The position numbers and the translations under genes are program-made. Below, piece after piece: positions 1 to 9,420 of a stretch of 32,000 nt of DNA (position 1 is the stretch's first letter; each line of letters begins with the position of its first letter). The DNA comes from Pseudoalteromonas translucida KMM 520. GTDB taxonomy: Bacteria > Pseudomonadota > Gammaproteobacteria > Enterobacterales > Alteromonadaceae. A model generated the notes under the pieces. That model had not been told where the DNA came from. It saw only the letters and a list, made by a program, of their open reading frames with translations, and did no database searches. The stretch lies in assembly GCF_001465295.1 (NCBI RefSeq), contig NZ_CP011035.1, positions 720,001 to 752,000 on the forward strand, read 5' to 3'.

Positions 1-1
1 T

Positions 2-307
2 TTAGCCGGTGGTTTAGCCCTTGAATCAAGTGATGGTGAATACCTGCCCATTGTAAAAGTGGCGCCAGTGTACCCAAGGCGCGCACTGTCTCGTGGGATT
101 GAAGGCTACGTTATTGTTGAGTTTACAGTAACCAAACAAGGCACAGTTCGCGACCCGCAGGTATTAAAGGCAGAGCCTGAATCGCTATTTGACCGAGCGG
201 CGATGGATGCAGCCCTTAAATTTAAATATAAGCCCCGCGTAGTCAATGGTGAAGCCGTTGAAGTTGCGGGAGTGCAGAACAAAATATCTTTCCAGATAAG
301 CGGTTAA
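2..307 (+). CDS. tonB: TonB energy transducer, C-terminal domain (5' end lies outside the window)
   Basis: The frame is open from nt 2. The translation YPRRALSRGIEGYVIVEFTVTKQGTVRDPQVLKAEP...FDRAAMDAALKFKYKP fits the conserved TonB C-terminal pattern (YP..A....IEG.V.V.F.V...G.V). It is followed by a TPR gene, as in TonB2-type clusters. Confidence 0.85.
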   Translation, partial: LAGGLALESSDGEYLPIVKVAPVYPRRALSRGIEGYVIVEFTVTKQGTVRDPQVLKAEPESLFDRAAMDAALKFKYKPRVVNGEAVEVAGVQNKISFQISG

Positions 308-355
308 TTTTTGGATTAATTAATTCAACCTATTAATGGATAGAAAAGCGAGGCG

Positions 356-1684
356 ATGATGAAACTACAACCAATAGCAGTTATTTTTAAATTAACACTT
401 TTTTGCACTGCAGCAATAAGCGCAAGTATTGTAACCCCCAGTGCACTTAGTTTATTACCAGGTGTGAGTGCTTTTACGGCGCAAGCCGCAGAGCAAAAAA
501 CCAAACGAGTACCGGCCCTGCGTGAAAAAGTATATAGCCAGTTAGCGCGAGCCCAAAAGCTTGCAGACGATGGCGATGTTAAAGCAGGCCTTGAAGCGCT
601 TGATTCCATACAAGATCGCGCATCAAGCATGAACTCCTACGAAATTGCGATGATGCATAACTTTTATGGCTTTATTTATTACAACGAAAACGACTTACCC
701 AAAGCAATAGCCGCGTTTGAAAAAGTAGTCGCAGAGGAAGGTATTCCAGAAACATTACGTTTAAGCACTACGTTTAGTTTGGCTCAATTGGCAATGGCTA
801 ACAGTGACTACAGCAAAGTAATTACGTTTTTAGATCAATGGGATGCAATTAATACAAAAGACAAGCCAGAGAGCTACTATGTGTTAAGAGCGCAAACTTA
901 TTATCAGCTAAAAGACTACCAGCAAGGCCTTAACTACATAACACAAGCTATTACACTAAGTGACAGCGAAGGCAAAGTACCAAAAGAGAACTGGCTAGTA
1001 TTACAGCGTGCTATGTACTACTCACTTAATCAAACTGATAAAGTAGTAAAGGTACTAGAGCGCATGGTAAAGCTGTATAACAAACCAGAATACTGGGTGC
1101 AGTTAGCAGGTATGTATGGCGAAACAGGTCAAGAAAAACAACAACTCGCAATTATTGAAGCGGCATATCAGCAAGGCTTTTTAACCTCCAAGTCAGATTT
1201 ACGCCAATTAGCACAGGTGTATTTATACAATGGCTTGGCTTATAAAGCAGCCATAGTGATGAGTAAAGCAATTGAGGCAGGGATAGCTGAGCAAACCGCT
1301 AAAAACTATGCCTTTGTAGCCGAAGCTATGATCCAAGCTAAAGAAGATGCGCAGTCGATTAAATACTTTGTAAAAGCGGCGCAGTTATCAAGCAGCGGTA
1401 ACTACGATCAGCGCTTAGCACAAGTGTATATTAATACAGAGCAATATGAAGAGGCTGCCGACTCTGCGCGTAAAGCACTTGATAAAGGCAATCTTGATTT
1501 TGAATCAAACGCATTTGTGGCCTTGGGCATGGCGCAGTTTAATTTACAAAACTTTGATGCCTCTATTTTAGCGTTTGAACAAGCGCAAATACATAAAAAA
1601 TCGCAGCGTTTAGCCAAGCAATGGATTAAATATGTAAAGCGCGAAAAAATACATGCTGAAACCCTAAAAACAGCGCTACTTTAA
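356..1684 (+). CDS. Tetratricopeptide-repeat protein with signal peptide, TtpD-like accessory protein of a TonB2-type system
   Basis: 442-aa ORF with a hydrophobic N-terminus ending AFTAQAAE. It has multiple TPR-like A/Y/L-rich helical repeats and sits immediately downstream of tonB. RBS GCGAGG at 348-353. The start could be the ATG at 356 or at 359. Confidence 0.8.
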   Translation: MMKLQPIAVIFKLTLFCTAAISASIVTPSALSLLPGVSAFTAQAAEQKTKRVPALREKVYSQLARAQKLADDGDVKAGLEALDSIQDRASSMNSYEIAMMHNFYGFIYYNENDLPKAIAAFEKVVAEEGIPETLRLSTTFSLAQLAMANSDYSKVITFLDQWDAINTKDKPESYYVLRAQTYYQLKDYQQGLNYITQAITLSDSEGKVPKENWLVLQRAMYYSLNQTDKVVKVLERMVKLYNKPEYWVQLAGMYGETGQEKQQLAIIEAAYQQGFLTSKSDLRQLAQVYLYNGLAYKAAIVMSKAIEAGIAEQTAKNYAFVAEAMIQAKEDAQSIKYFVKAAQLSSSGNYDQRLAQVYINTEQYEEAADSARKALDKGNLDFESNAFVALGMAQFNLQNFDASILAFEQAQIHKKSQRLAKQWIKYVKREKIHAETLKTALL

Positions 1685-1749
1685 TGTTTTTACTGCTGCG
1701 CTAGGTGCTAAATAAATAGCGTATAAAAACAGTTTATAATCGCAACGCC

Positions 1750-1786
1750 AAACCGCGCTAATATTAATTTAGTGCGGTTTTTTTTA
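1750..1786 (+). terminator. Rho-independent terminator after the TPR gene
   Basis: Stem AAACCGCGCTAA (1750-1761) pairs with TTAGTGCGGTTT (1769-1780), with one G-U pair. The loop is 7 nt and a run of 8 T follows. Confidence 0.75.
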
Positions 1787-1994
1787 TTTCTGTAAAGTTA
1801 ACCATTTGAATATGCTTATTTATTATTGTCACATAGTGTTTATTAAAATGTAACGGCACTGTCATATCTCTCCCGTATTGTACTCCTATTCGATAACTCA
1901 AGTGACCTTAATGCATGAGTATCGTGCCTTAAAGTGACTTAAGTTATTACTTAATGCGCTAACAAAATAATTAAATACTTTAACGGAGTGAACA

Positions 1995-3611
1995 ATGAAA
2001 TTATCTGGCTTATTTAAGGTTAGTCTAGTGGCTACTGCAATGACTTTAGCAGGCTGTGGCGGCGATATCGAAATTACACCTACGGTGAACGATAACAGCA
2101 CCAGTACTGATAACAGTGTTAATAATTCAAATAATAATAGCGGTGGCACTAACGATGATATTAGTTGTACCGAGTACCAAACTGATGCGGGCACGGTTGC
2201 TGGTATTTTTGATGGTAAAGACTGTTTATATAATGACTCGTTTGCCAGTAAAAACATTCAAATTACAGCCAACTTAACCTTTGAAGAATTACCAGATGGC
2301 GGTGTTCACTTATTCGAAGACGCATTACTAATTGGTACAGATGGCGACACGACTACTGATTTTAGCATTCCAACAAACGGCCCTACTTTAACGGTTAAGC
2401 CTGGGGCAACCCTTGCATTTAAATCGGGTGAGGCTATTGTGCGCATTGCCCGTGGTGCAAAAATTCAAGCAGTTGGTACTGCCGATAAACCGATTGTATT
2501 TACCTCTGCTAAGGCGTTTCCTCGCTTTGATGCCGAAGGTAAAGGCCCACTCTATGCAGATTGGGGCGGCATAATTATTAATGGTAATGGCATTACTGAT
2601 CAATGTACTGACGCAGAGCGCGACGCGGCAACGTGTAATGTGCCCTCAGAAGGGATCACCAGTTACTTTGGTGGTAATGATAATAGCGACTCTAGCGGTA
2701 ATATAAAATGGACCAAAATTTGGTATGCCGGTTCAGGTCCTAAAGTAGGCGGGGAAGGGGATGATTTAAACTCGTTAACCCTCAATGCGGTAGGCTCGGG
2801 TTCAGAGTTTGACTACATTCATATTCACCAAGGTTTTGATGATGGTATTGAAATATTTGGTGGCGCAACCACCATTAAGCATGTTGTTGTAACCGACACT
2901 CAAGATGATTCGTTTGACTTTGATGCAGGTTGGCAGGGCAAAGCGCAGTTTTTGTTTGTTAAACACGGCACCGTAATTACCCGTGAAGGCACCACAGTAT
3001 ATATGGGTAATAACGGCTTTGAGTCAGACGGCGTAAAAGGTACATCAAGTGCGCAAGTGGCACCATCAAACCCAACCATTGCTAATGTTACTATTATCAC
3101 CACCGATGGCCTATCGGTTCGCGATACTGACCCTTCAAATGCGTTTAAATTTGATGACTCATTTAATGCTAATTTTTATAACGTATTAATGACCAAAGAC
3201 ATAGCTTTGCAATCTAGCTGTATTAGCTTTTCAAGCGATGGCGAAAAGCAAGCCGATAAAATTATTTTTAATAGCTCAGTAATGACCTGCGCCTCTGAAT
3301 TTGACGATGCCGACGGCACCTTTAATAGTGGCAAAGAGCCTGCAGCATTAACGGCCACTACACTTACTGCCTGGTTTGATAATAATGGCAGTAATCAACG
3401 TATAGGCGAAGGGGCGGATGTATTTGCCAGCAATGGCTTTGCTACAAATACAGCTTCAACCGACATTACTGTTACCGCTAATGATTTAAGTGGCTTAGAT
3501 GCGAGCTTTTTTGAAGACGCCCCTTACATTGGCGCAGTGTCTGATCAAGACACCACGTCACCTTGGTACAAGTGGGTAGAAACAGCACTCGCTGCATCAG
3601 CTCAAGACTAA
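1995..3611 (+). CDS. Large lipoprotein of unknown function, probably parallel beta-helix-like; putative partner of the downstream TonB-dependent receptor
   Basis: Lipobox LAGC at the N-terminus (MKLSGLFKVSLVATAMTLAGCGG), followed by an N/S/D-rich low-complexity tether (NDNSTSTDNSVNNSNNNSGGTNDD). Repeated acidic motifs (FDDGIEIFGG, QDDSFDFDAGW) and GGIIINGNG are reminiscent of beta-helix turns. RBS AACGGAG at 1981-1987, 7 nt before the ATG. Confidence 0.8.
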   Translation: MKLSGLFKVSLVATAMTLAGCGGDIEITPTVNDNSTSTDNSVNNSNNNSGGTNDDISCTEYQTDAGTVAGIFDGKDCLYNDSFASKNIQITANLTFEELPDGGVHLFEDALLIGTDGDTTTDFSIPTNGPTLTVKPGATLAFKSGEAIVRIARGAKIQAVGTADKPIVFTSAKAFPRFDAEGKGPLYADWGGIIINGNGITDQCTDAERDAATCNVPSEGITSYFGGNDNSDSSGNIKWTKIWYAGSGPKVGGEGDDLNSLTLNAVGSGSEFDYIHIHQGFDDGIEIFGGATTIKHVVVTDTQDDSFDFDAGWQGKAQFLFVKHGTVITREGTTVYMGNNGFESDGVKGTSSAQVAPSNPTIANVTIITTDGLSVRDTDPSNAFKFDDSFNANFYNVLMTKDIALQSSCISFSSDGEKQADKIIFNSSVMTCASEFDDADGTFNSGKEPAALTATTLTAWFDNNGSNQRIGEGADVFASNGFATNTASTDITVTANDLSGLDASFFEDAPYIGAVSDQDTTSPWYKWVETALAASAQD

Positions 3612-3639
3612 TACCTCAGTAACGTACATTAAATAGTTA

Positions 3640-3679
3640 GGGCGCCATTTGCAAAGTGCATTTTAGGCGCCCGTTTTTT
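3640..3679 (+). terminator. Hairpin plus T-tract between the lipoprotein and receptor genes (terminator or attenuator)
   Basis: GGGCGCC (3640-3646) pairs with GGCGCCC (3666-3672) around a 19-nt loop, followed by G and TTTTTT (3674-3679). It lies 22 nt before the receptor ATG. Confidence 0.5.
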
Positions 3680-3701
3680 AACTGATTAGGGATCTGTAAA
3701 G

Positions 3702-6383
3702 ATGTTGAATCAAGCTAGATTGAATAAATTGTCATTGGCAATTAGTCTCTCGCTTTTAGCAAGCTCGCTTAATTTGAGCGCTGCACAAAGTGAGCAAAGC
3801 GAAATAGAAGAGGTTGTTGCTGTAGGCACTCGGCTACAAGGTAGCGCCGCTGCTGTGGTTGAGGAGCGTAAAAACCAAGCCTTTGTTGCCGATATTTTAG
3901 GTGCTGAACAACTTGCGCGAACCGGCGATAGCGATGCGGCTTCGGCGCTGCGCCGTGTAACGGGTTTAACCTTAGTAGATGGTAAGTTTATTTATGTACG
4001 AGGCTTAGGTGAGCGTTATTCTAGCGCGCGTTTAAACGGGGCTTATATTCCCAGCCCCGATTTAACGCGCAACGTAGTGCCGTTGGATATTTTTCCTGCC
4101 AGTATTATTCAAAGTATGGCGGTACAAAAAGCCTACTCTCCAGATATGCCAGCGGCGTTTGGCGGCGGTAATATCGATATTCGTACTAAATCAATTCCTG
4201 CAGAATTTACTGCCGGCTTTGCGGTTGGTTTATCTAAAGATACATCGGCTAGCAGCGGTTTTACCTATAAAGGTAACGATGGCGATATTCCCCAAATATT
4301 AAATAACGCCATAGTGCAATACAAAGGCAATTTTGATGTGGGGAACATTATTGCTAAAGATAACTTGGTTGATAACAGCGATGCGTCACGCTCAGACCAA
4401 GCTATTGCCATTAACAATCAACTGTTAAAATCGCTACCACGTAATTTTGCTTTAAAAGATGAATCGTTAGACCCAAATTGGGATATTAAAGGCCATTTAG
4501 GTAATAGTTTTGATGAGTCCTTTTTAGGCGGTACTTTTGGCTTTTTGCTCTCTGGTGAATACGATAAAAGCTGGGACTCTGCAAAAAGAAGAACCGCTGT
4601 TATAGCACAAGATATTGGAGATGATTGTGCAACCACCCTTAATTCAGCGCAAGATGTAAGTACATCGTGTTTTAACACAGTTAAAGACTCTGTAACCACC
4701 ACCGAAAACGAGCGTTATAACGCCACGCTAAATTTAGGTTATAGATTAAATACCCATAGTATTTCATTTATGAGCTTATATTTACGCGACAACGAGGATG
4801 AAACCGAGGTAGCCACGTCGCAAAGCCCCGCAGGCAGCTCGGTATTTACCATAGTAAATGATAACCGAGCTAATCGTACTCATGAGTTTAATTTAGAGCA
4901 GCGCACGCTTACGGTAAATCAGTTATTAGGCCAGCATACCTTTTTAGATTACTGGGGGATTGGCGCTGACTGGCAATATACTCGCTCTAAAGCCAGTACT
5001 GACATTCCAACTAATGTAGAGTTTAAATTTAGAGATAACTACGATAACAGCGGTAACTATAGCAACTCGCAAATTACCGGCGATGATAACCGTGCGCTGT
5101 TCTCGTATATAAATATGCAAGACAGAGTAAATTCATACGGTGGTAATTTAACGCTTCCCTTAAGCTTTACTGCTGTTGAGGTAGAGTTAAAAACCGGCTT
5201 TGATATTGCCGACCGAGCGCGTATTTATAACACCTCTAGTTTTGCAGTAAATAACGGCACTGGCTTGGCGTTAACTGTGGCAGATAATCCGCTTGATGCG
5301 GGCAATTATTTAACCGATGAATTTATTGACGGCGAACGTATTTTACTCGACTTTAATGAACCCTCAGCCCCCGATGCAGATGACTATATTGCGGGGCAAA
5401 AAATATCAGCGGCGTATGGCTCGTTTGATGTTATTTATGATGACTTACTGCGCTTAAGTGGTGGGGTGCGTTATGAAGAATTTAAACAAACCTCTATCGG
5501 CACCTCAAGCTTAATTTTTACTGCGGATGACTTAAATATTTACTATTCCCCAGAAAAAATAGCCGCAGGCAGTATTAATGAAGATGACTTTTTTTCGGCA
5601 CTATCGCTTACATATTTAGGCGGCGAAAACTACCAAGTACGTTTAGGGTATGGCGAAACAGTAGTGCGCCCCGACTTACGTGAAGTAGTGCCAGTGTCGT
5701 ATTTTGATCCGCTAACCGACATTCGTACTTTTGGCCGTGTGGGTTTGCAAAGTAGCCCAATTAAAAATTACGATTTACGCTATGAATATTATGGCAACAC
5801 CGGAGATTCATTCTCTGTGGCTGCTTTTTATAAAGACATAGATAAACCGATTGAAACTGTATTACGCATTGGCGATGAAGATTACTCAGCCTCATTTGTA
5901 AATGGTAAAACTGCGCAGGTATACGGTATAGAAACCGAATGGCTAAAAGATCTTACTTATTTAACCGAAGGGTTATTTACCAGCGGTAACATTACTTTAA
6001 GTGACTCAGAGGCAGATATCGATCCTGCACTTGCGAGTAACTTAACTAACCCGACTAAACGCATGACCGGGCATTCTAAATACGTGGTTAACTTACAGCT
6101 AAACTACGACTCTGTTGATGGCCAGCATAGTAGCTCGTTGGTGTATAATGTATTTGGCGAGCGTATATTGGCCGCCGGAATAGCCGGGCGTGATGATGCT
6201 TACGAGCAGCCTTTTCACTCACTCGATTTAATTTATACTTGGTATCCCGACTTTAACTCCAACGTTAAGTTTAAAGTGGCAAACTTACTTGATGAAGAGC
6301 AGCAAGTTACGCAGTCAGATATTGTAGTACGCTCTAAAGAAGTGGGAATGACCTTTGATGTGAGTTACAGCTACACATTTTAG
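3702..6383 (+). CDS. TonB-dependent outer-membrane receptor
   Basis: 893 aa. Signal peptide ending LSAAQSE and a TonB-box-like EEVVAVGTR. Plug motifs are present (LRRVTGLTLVDGKFIYVRGLGERYSSARLNGAYIPSPD...VPLDIFPASIIQSMAVQKAYSPDMPAAFGGGNIDIRTK). A long beta-barrel region ends in the typical aromatic terminus ...SYSYTF. Confidence 0.92.
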   Translation: MLNQARLNKLSLAISLSLLASSLNLSAAQSEQSEIEEVVAVGTRLQGSAAAVVEERKNQAFVADILGAEQLARTGDSDAASALRRVTGLTLVDGKFIYVRGLGERYSSARLNGAYIPSPDLTRNVVPLDIFPASIIQSMAVQKAYSPDMPAAFGGGNIDIRTKSIPAEFTAGFAVGLSKDTSASSGFTYKGNDGDIPQILNNAIVQYKGNFDVGNIIAKDNLVDNSDASRSDQAIAINNQLLKSLPRNFALKDESLDPNWDIKGHLGNSFDESFLGGTFGFLLSGEYDKSWDSAKRRTAVIAQDIGDDCATTLNSAQDVSTSCFNTVKDSVTTTENERYNATLNLGYRLNTHSISFMSLYLRDNEDETEVATSQSPAGSSVFTIVNDNRANRTHEFNLEQRTLTVNQLLGQHTFLDYWGIGADWQYTRSKASTDIPTNVEFKFRDNYDNSGNYSNSQITGDDNRALFSYINMQDRVNSYGGNLTLPLSFTAVEVELKTGFDIADRARIYNTSSFAVNNGTGLALTVADNPLDAGNYLTDEFIDGERILLDFNEPSAPDADDYIAGQKISAAYGSFDVIYDDLLRLSGGVRYEEFKQTSIGTSSLIFTADDLNIYYSPEKIAAGSINEDDFFSALSLTYLGGENYQVRLGYGETVVRPDLREVVPVSYFDPLTDIRTFGRVGLQSSPIKNYDLRYEYYGNTGDSFSVAAFYKDIDKPIETVLRIGDEDYSASFVNGKTAQVYGIETEWLKDLTYLTEGLFTSGNITLSDSEADIDPALASNLTNPTKRMTGHSKYVVNLQLNYDSVDGQHSSSLVYNVFGERILAAGIAGRDDAYEQPFHSLDLIYTWYPDFNSNVKFKVANLLDEEQQVTQSDIVVRSKEVGMTFDVSYSYTF

Positions 6384-6410
6384 CCACGCTAGCGTAAAGG
6401 TAATTATTAT

Positions 6411-6446
6411 AGCCCCATGCTTTTGTATGGGGCTTTTGCTTTTTTA
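6411..6446 (+). terminator. Rho-independent terminator after the receptor gene
   Basis: AGCCCCAT (6411-6418) pairs with ATGGGGCT (6427-6434), followed by TTTGCTTTTTT. Confidence 0.8.
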
Positions 6447-6605
6447 TGGCTTAGTATGAAATATATTTAAGTTGTAACTTATTAACTAGTTTTGTTAAAC
6501 CACCAGTGTTAGCTTAAGCTTGATATGAAAATTAAATCTCACGCAATGAATTTTAATTTTTAATCTTTTCAGGCAACTTTTATGAATCAAATAATGGAAC
6601 TCACA

Positions 6606-7721
6606 ATGAAAAAAGTAGGATTAGTCGGTTGGCGTGGCATGGTTGGCTCTGTGTTATTAGAGCGTATGAAGCAACAAAGTGATTTTGCACTTATCGACAC
6701 CACCTTTTTCACCACCTCACAAGCGGGCCAATTAGGCCCAGATATTGCGGGCGAAGCAAAGCCGTTACTCGATGCCAGCAATATTTCCGAACTGGCTAAA
6801 ATGGATATTATTGTTACCTGCCAAGGTGGCGATTACACTAATGCTGTTTATCCACAATTGCGCGAGTCGGGTTGGGATGGTTATTGGATAGATGCAGCAT
6901 CGGCACTGCGTATGGCTAACGACAGCATTATAGTACTCGATCCGGTCAATAAAGACGTTATTGAGCAAGGTTTATCACAAGGTGTTAAAACCTTTGTAGG
7001 CGGTAACTGTACGGTTTCTCTTATGTTGCTTGCACTGGGCGGTTTATTTGAGCAAGACTTAATAGAATGGGTAAGCCCCATGACCTACCAAGCTGCGTCG
7101 GGCGCGGGTGCGCGCAATATGAAAGAGTTAATTGCACAAATGGGCGCAATTCATCAAAGTGTTGCCGAGCAACTTGCAAATCCAAGCGCTGCTATTTTAG
7201 AAATAGATAAAATAGTCAGTGAAAAAATGGCATCAGATTCACTGCCGCAAGATCAGTTTGGTGTGCCACTCGCGGGAAGTTTAATTCCGTGGATTGATGT
7301 GCCTATGCCAAGTGGCCAAAGTAAAGAAGAGTGGAAAGCGCAAGTTGAAGCGAATAAAATTTTAGGCTCGGCTAAGCAACCTATTCCAATAGATGGTTTA
7401 TGTGTGCGTATTGGTGCTATGCGTTGTCATTCACAAGCAATGACCATTAAATTACGTGAAGATATTAGCGTTGCCAAAATAGAGCAAATTTTAGAATCGC
7501 ATAACGAGTGGGTAAAGGTTATTCCTAATGAGCGCGACATTAGCACTACCGACCTAACCCCAGTTAAAGTCACCGGTACACTGAGTATTCCAATTGGGCG
7601 TATTCGTAAATTAGCCATGGGGCCTAAATATATTAGCGCCTTTACTGTTGGCGATCAGCTGTTATGGGGTGCTGCAGAGCCGCTACGTCGTATGCTTCGC
7701 ATAATTGTTGATAGCGAATAA
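6606..7721 (+). CDS. asd: Aspartate-semialdehyde dehydrogenase
   Basis: [21 protein letters not shown]... matches the Asd N-terminus of enterobacteria ([17 protein letters not shown]...). The active-site region [17 protein letters not shown] is present. The ORF-track start at 6582 adds 8 non-conserved residues, so the ATG at 6606 is preferred. Confidence 0.95.
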   Translation: MKKVGLVGWRGMVGSVLLERMKQQSDFALIDTTFFTTSQAGQLGPDIAGEAKPLLDASNISELAKMDIIVTCQGGDYTNAVYPQLRESGWDGYWIDAASALRMANDSIIVLDPVNKDVIEQGLSQGVKTFVGGNCTVSLMLLALGGLFEQDLIEWVSPMTYQAASGAGARNMKELIAQMGAIHQSVAEQLANPSAAILEIDKIVSEKMASDSLPQDQFGVPLAGSLIPWIDVPMPSGQSKEEWKAQVEANKILGSAKQPIPIDGLCVRIGAMRCHSQAMTIKLREDISVAKIEQILESHNEWVKVIPNERDISTTDLTPVKVTGTLSIPIGRIRKLAMGPKYISAFTVGDQLLWGAAEPLRRMLRIIVDSE

Positions 7722-7763
7722 TAGCAATTTAATGTAACTGCTATAAACGCTTAAATTGTTTTA

Positions 7764-7800
7764 TAAAAAAAGGGTTAGCGATTGGCTAACCCTTTTTATT
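7764..7800. terminator. Bidirectional terminator between convergent asd and the channel gene
   Basis: AGGGTTAGC (7771-7779) pairs with GCTAACCCT (7785-7793). It is flanked by an A-run on the left and a T-run on the right. Confidence 0.85.
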
Positions 7801-7859
7801 TTAAATGCTAAATTAATTATTTTTCAATTTAGAATTATTAAGCTGGTGGCTGTAAATAA

Positions 7860-8672
7860 TTAATACTCTTTTTCTTTGAGTAATGACTTTAGATCAGCAA
7901 TTTGTGCTTGCAAGGCGTTTACTTGCCCTTGTGTTGCGGGCAGTGAATCGTTATCGGCCAGCTCATCGCGGGCATTTTTATGCTCTTGCGACATTACTTC
8001 TAAAATGGCGCCAACCATCATATTTAAAAATACAAACGCGGTTAAAAATATAAAGGTTAAGTAGTAAATCCAGCTAAGTTTATAAACCAGCATGGTTTCG
8101 TACATTACGTCGGTCCAATCTTCAAACGTGGCAATTCTGAACAAGGTCAACATAGATATTGATACATCACCCCACAATACGGGGTTTATATGTGCAAACA
8201 TCATACTGCCTATAGCGGCGTAAATATAAAAAATAACAAACATCAGCAGGGCTATGTAACCCATTTGCGGAATAGCTTTAAGTAAAGCGTTAACTAATAA
8301 ACGCAGCTCGGGGACCATAGACACCAGCCGCAATACACGAAATATTCGTAATAAGCGTGCAATTAGCATACTTGAGCCAGCTGCGGGGTATAAGCTACCT
8401 AGTACAATAAGGGTGTCGAAAATATTCCAACCTTTGGAGAAAAAATCTTTGATGCCTTTACTGGCAATAAAGCGAATTACGAGCTCAATTAAAAAGAACG
8501 CCGTAATGCCTATATCCATCCAATTAAGGGCAGTTTCTACCGTTGGCGGAAGTGAATAGGTGTGAGCACCTACGGTAAGAGCAGAAACAACAATTACAGC
8601 AATAACAAATGATTGAAATAGTTTGCTTTTATCTATACGCTGAAACTGCTTTTGCAACTGCGGCAACATCAT
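7860..8672 (-). CDS. Bacterial voltage-gated cation channel of the NaChBac/BacNaV family (single 6-TM domain)
   Basis: 270 aa. S4 carries Arg at every third position (ARLLRIFRVLRLV). The pore loop is LTLFRIATFEDWTDVMY, and there is a C-terminal coiled-coil tail (VNALQAQIADLKSLLKEKE). Confidence 0.85.
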   Translation of the reverse strand: MMLPQLQKQFQRIDKSKLFQSFVIAVIVVSALTVGAHTYSLPPTVETALNWMDIGITAFFLIELVIRFIASKGIKDFFSKGWNIFDTLIVLGSLYPAAGSSMLIARLLRIFRVLRLVSMVPELRLLVNALLKAIPQMGYIALLMFVIFYIYAAIGSMMFAHINPVLWGDVSISMLTLFRIATFEDWTDVMYETMLVYKLSWIYYLTFIFLTAFVFLNMMVGAILEVMSQEHKNARDELADNDSLPATQGQVNALQAQIADLKSLLKEKEY

Positions 8673-8749
8673 AATAAGTCCTGTACAAAGTAAGGTTTTT
8701 TGAGGCGCTTAATATACAGTTTTTACCTTCTAAAGTGTAAGGAATTTTA

Positions 8750-8962
8750 ATGATTATCAATAAACTAAACGCGAGTTTACTGTTTGTAACCGGTTTGTGT
8801 TTGCTGGCTGGCTGCAGCTCTGATGCACGTTTTCATGAAATACAGTCTGCTCGTCTTGATGAGTGTAACTACAAAGCAGACAAAGAATATTACGAATGCC
8901 TTAAACTACAAGAGGCTAATTTTGAAGAGTTTAAAAAGCAACGAGCCGAAAACACTCAGTAA
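8750..8962 (+). CDS. Small lipoprotein, unknown function
   Basis: 70 aa with the lipobox LLAGCSS. RBS-like AAGGAA at 8738-8743, 6 nt before the ATG. Confidence 0.6.
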   Translation: MIINKLNASLLFVTGLCLLAGCSSDARFHEIQSARLDECNYKADKEYYECLKLQEANFEEFKKQRAENTQ

Positions 8963-9006
8963 CGCTTATTCAATCACTCTTATTAAATAACGGCTATTAA
9001 GCGTTA

Positions 9007-9028
9007 TTACTATTTAATTACTATTTAA
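9007..9028. repeat. Perfect tandem duplication of an 11-mer (TTACTATTTAA x2) in an intergenic region
   Basis: Read directly from the sequence: 9007-9017 is identical to 9018-9028. Confidence 0.9.
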
Positions 9029-9069
9029 TTTCAAATACTAATAAATTAAGAGGTTATGGCTAACACATT

Positions 9070-9351
9070 ATGACAAAAACTCAAAAACAGCGTGATAAGC
9101 AAATACGCCAAGTACTTACCATTGCCTGTGAAAATATAAAACAAACCGATTTTGGCTTTGCTTACTTAACACATACCGTTGATTTAAATAACGAAGCTAA
9201 CACCTTAAAAGTCCAATGCTATTTTAACGACGATTTAGCATATCAAAAAAGTGAGTTACATTTTGACGCACTTAAAAATGAGATAACGCAACAGCTTGCA
9301 ACGATTGGTTTGGCTATTAAAGCAGCGAATATTTCGTTTTTAGTCGATTAA
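9070..9351 (+). CDS. Hypothetical protein (93 aa), no family recognised
   Basis: ORF with RBS AAGAGG at 9049-9054, about 15 nt upstream of the ATG. The amino-acid composition looks coding. Confidence 0.5.
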   Translation: MTKTQKQRDKQIRQVLTIACENIKQTDFGFAYLTHTVDLNNEANTLKVQCYFNDDLAYQKSELHFDALKNEITQQLATIGLAIKAANISFLVD

Positions 9352-9420
9352 TCTTTGTTTGGTTGGTTTGTGTATGCTTGGAGGCTATAATTGGCCAAAT
9401 TATTTTTTAGAGTATAAATT

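Noticed and set aside
1790-1994. A Fur box upstream of the lipoprotein / TonB-dependent receptor genes.
   Set aside because: The best stretch I could align by eye (GAATATGCTTATTTATTAT) matches only about 9 of 19 positions of GATAATGATAATCATTATC. That is not enough to call.
6582-6605. A longer asd start (MNQIMELT-) as given by the ORF track.
   Set aside because: Conserved Asd proteins begin at the MK.VG.(V/I)GWRGMVG motif. The eight extra residues have no counterpart, so the ATG at 6606 is used.
9007-9028. Short tandem repeats (the 11-mer x2 here and the heptamer x4 at 24838-24865) as a CRISPR or minisatellite array.
   Set aside because: There are too few and too short units, with no spacers and no cas genes. 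They are reported only as simple repeats.
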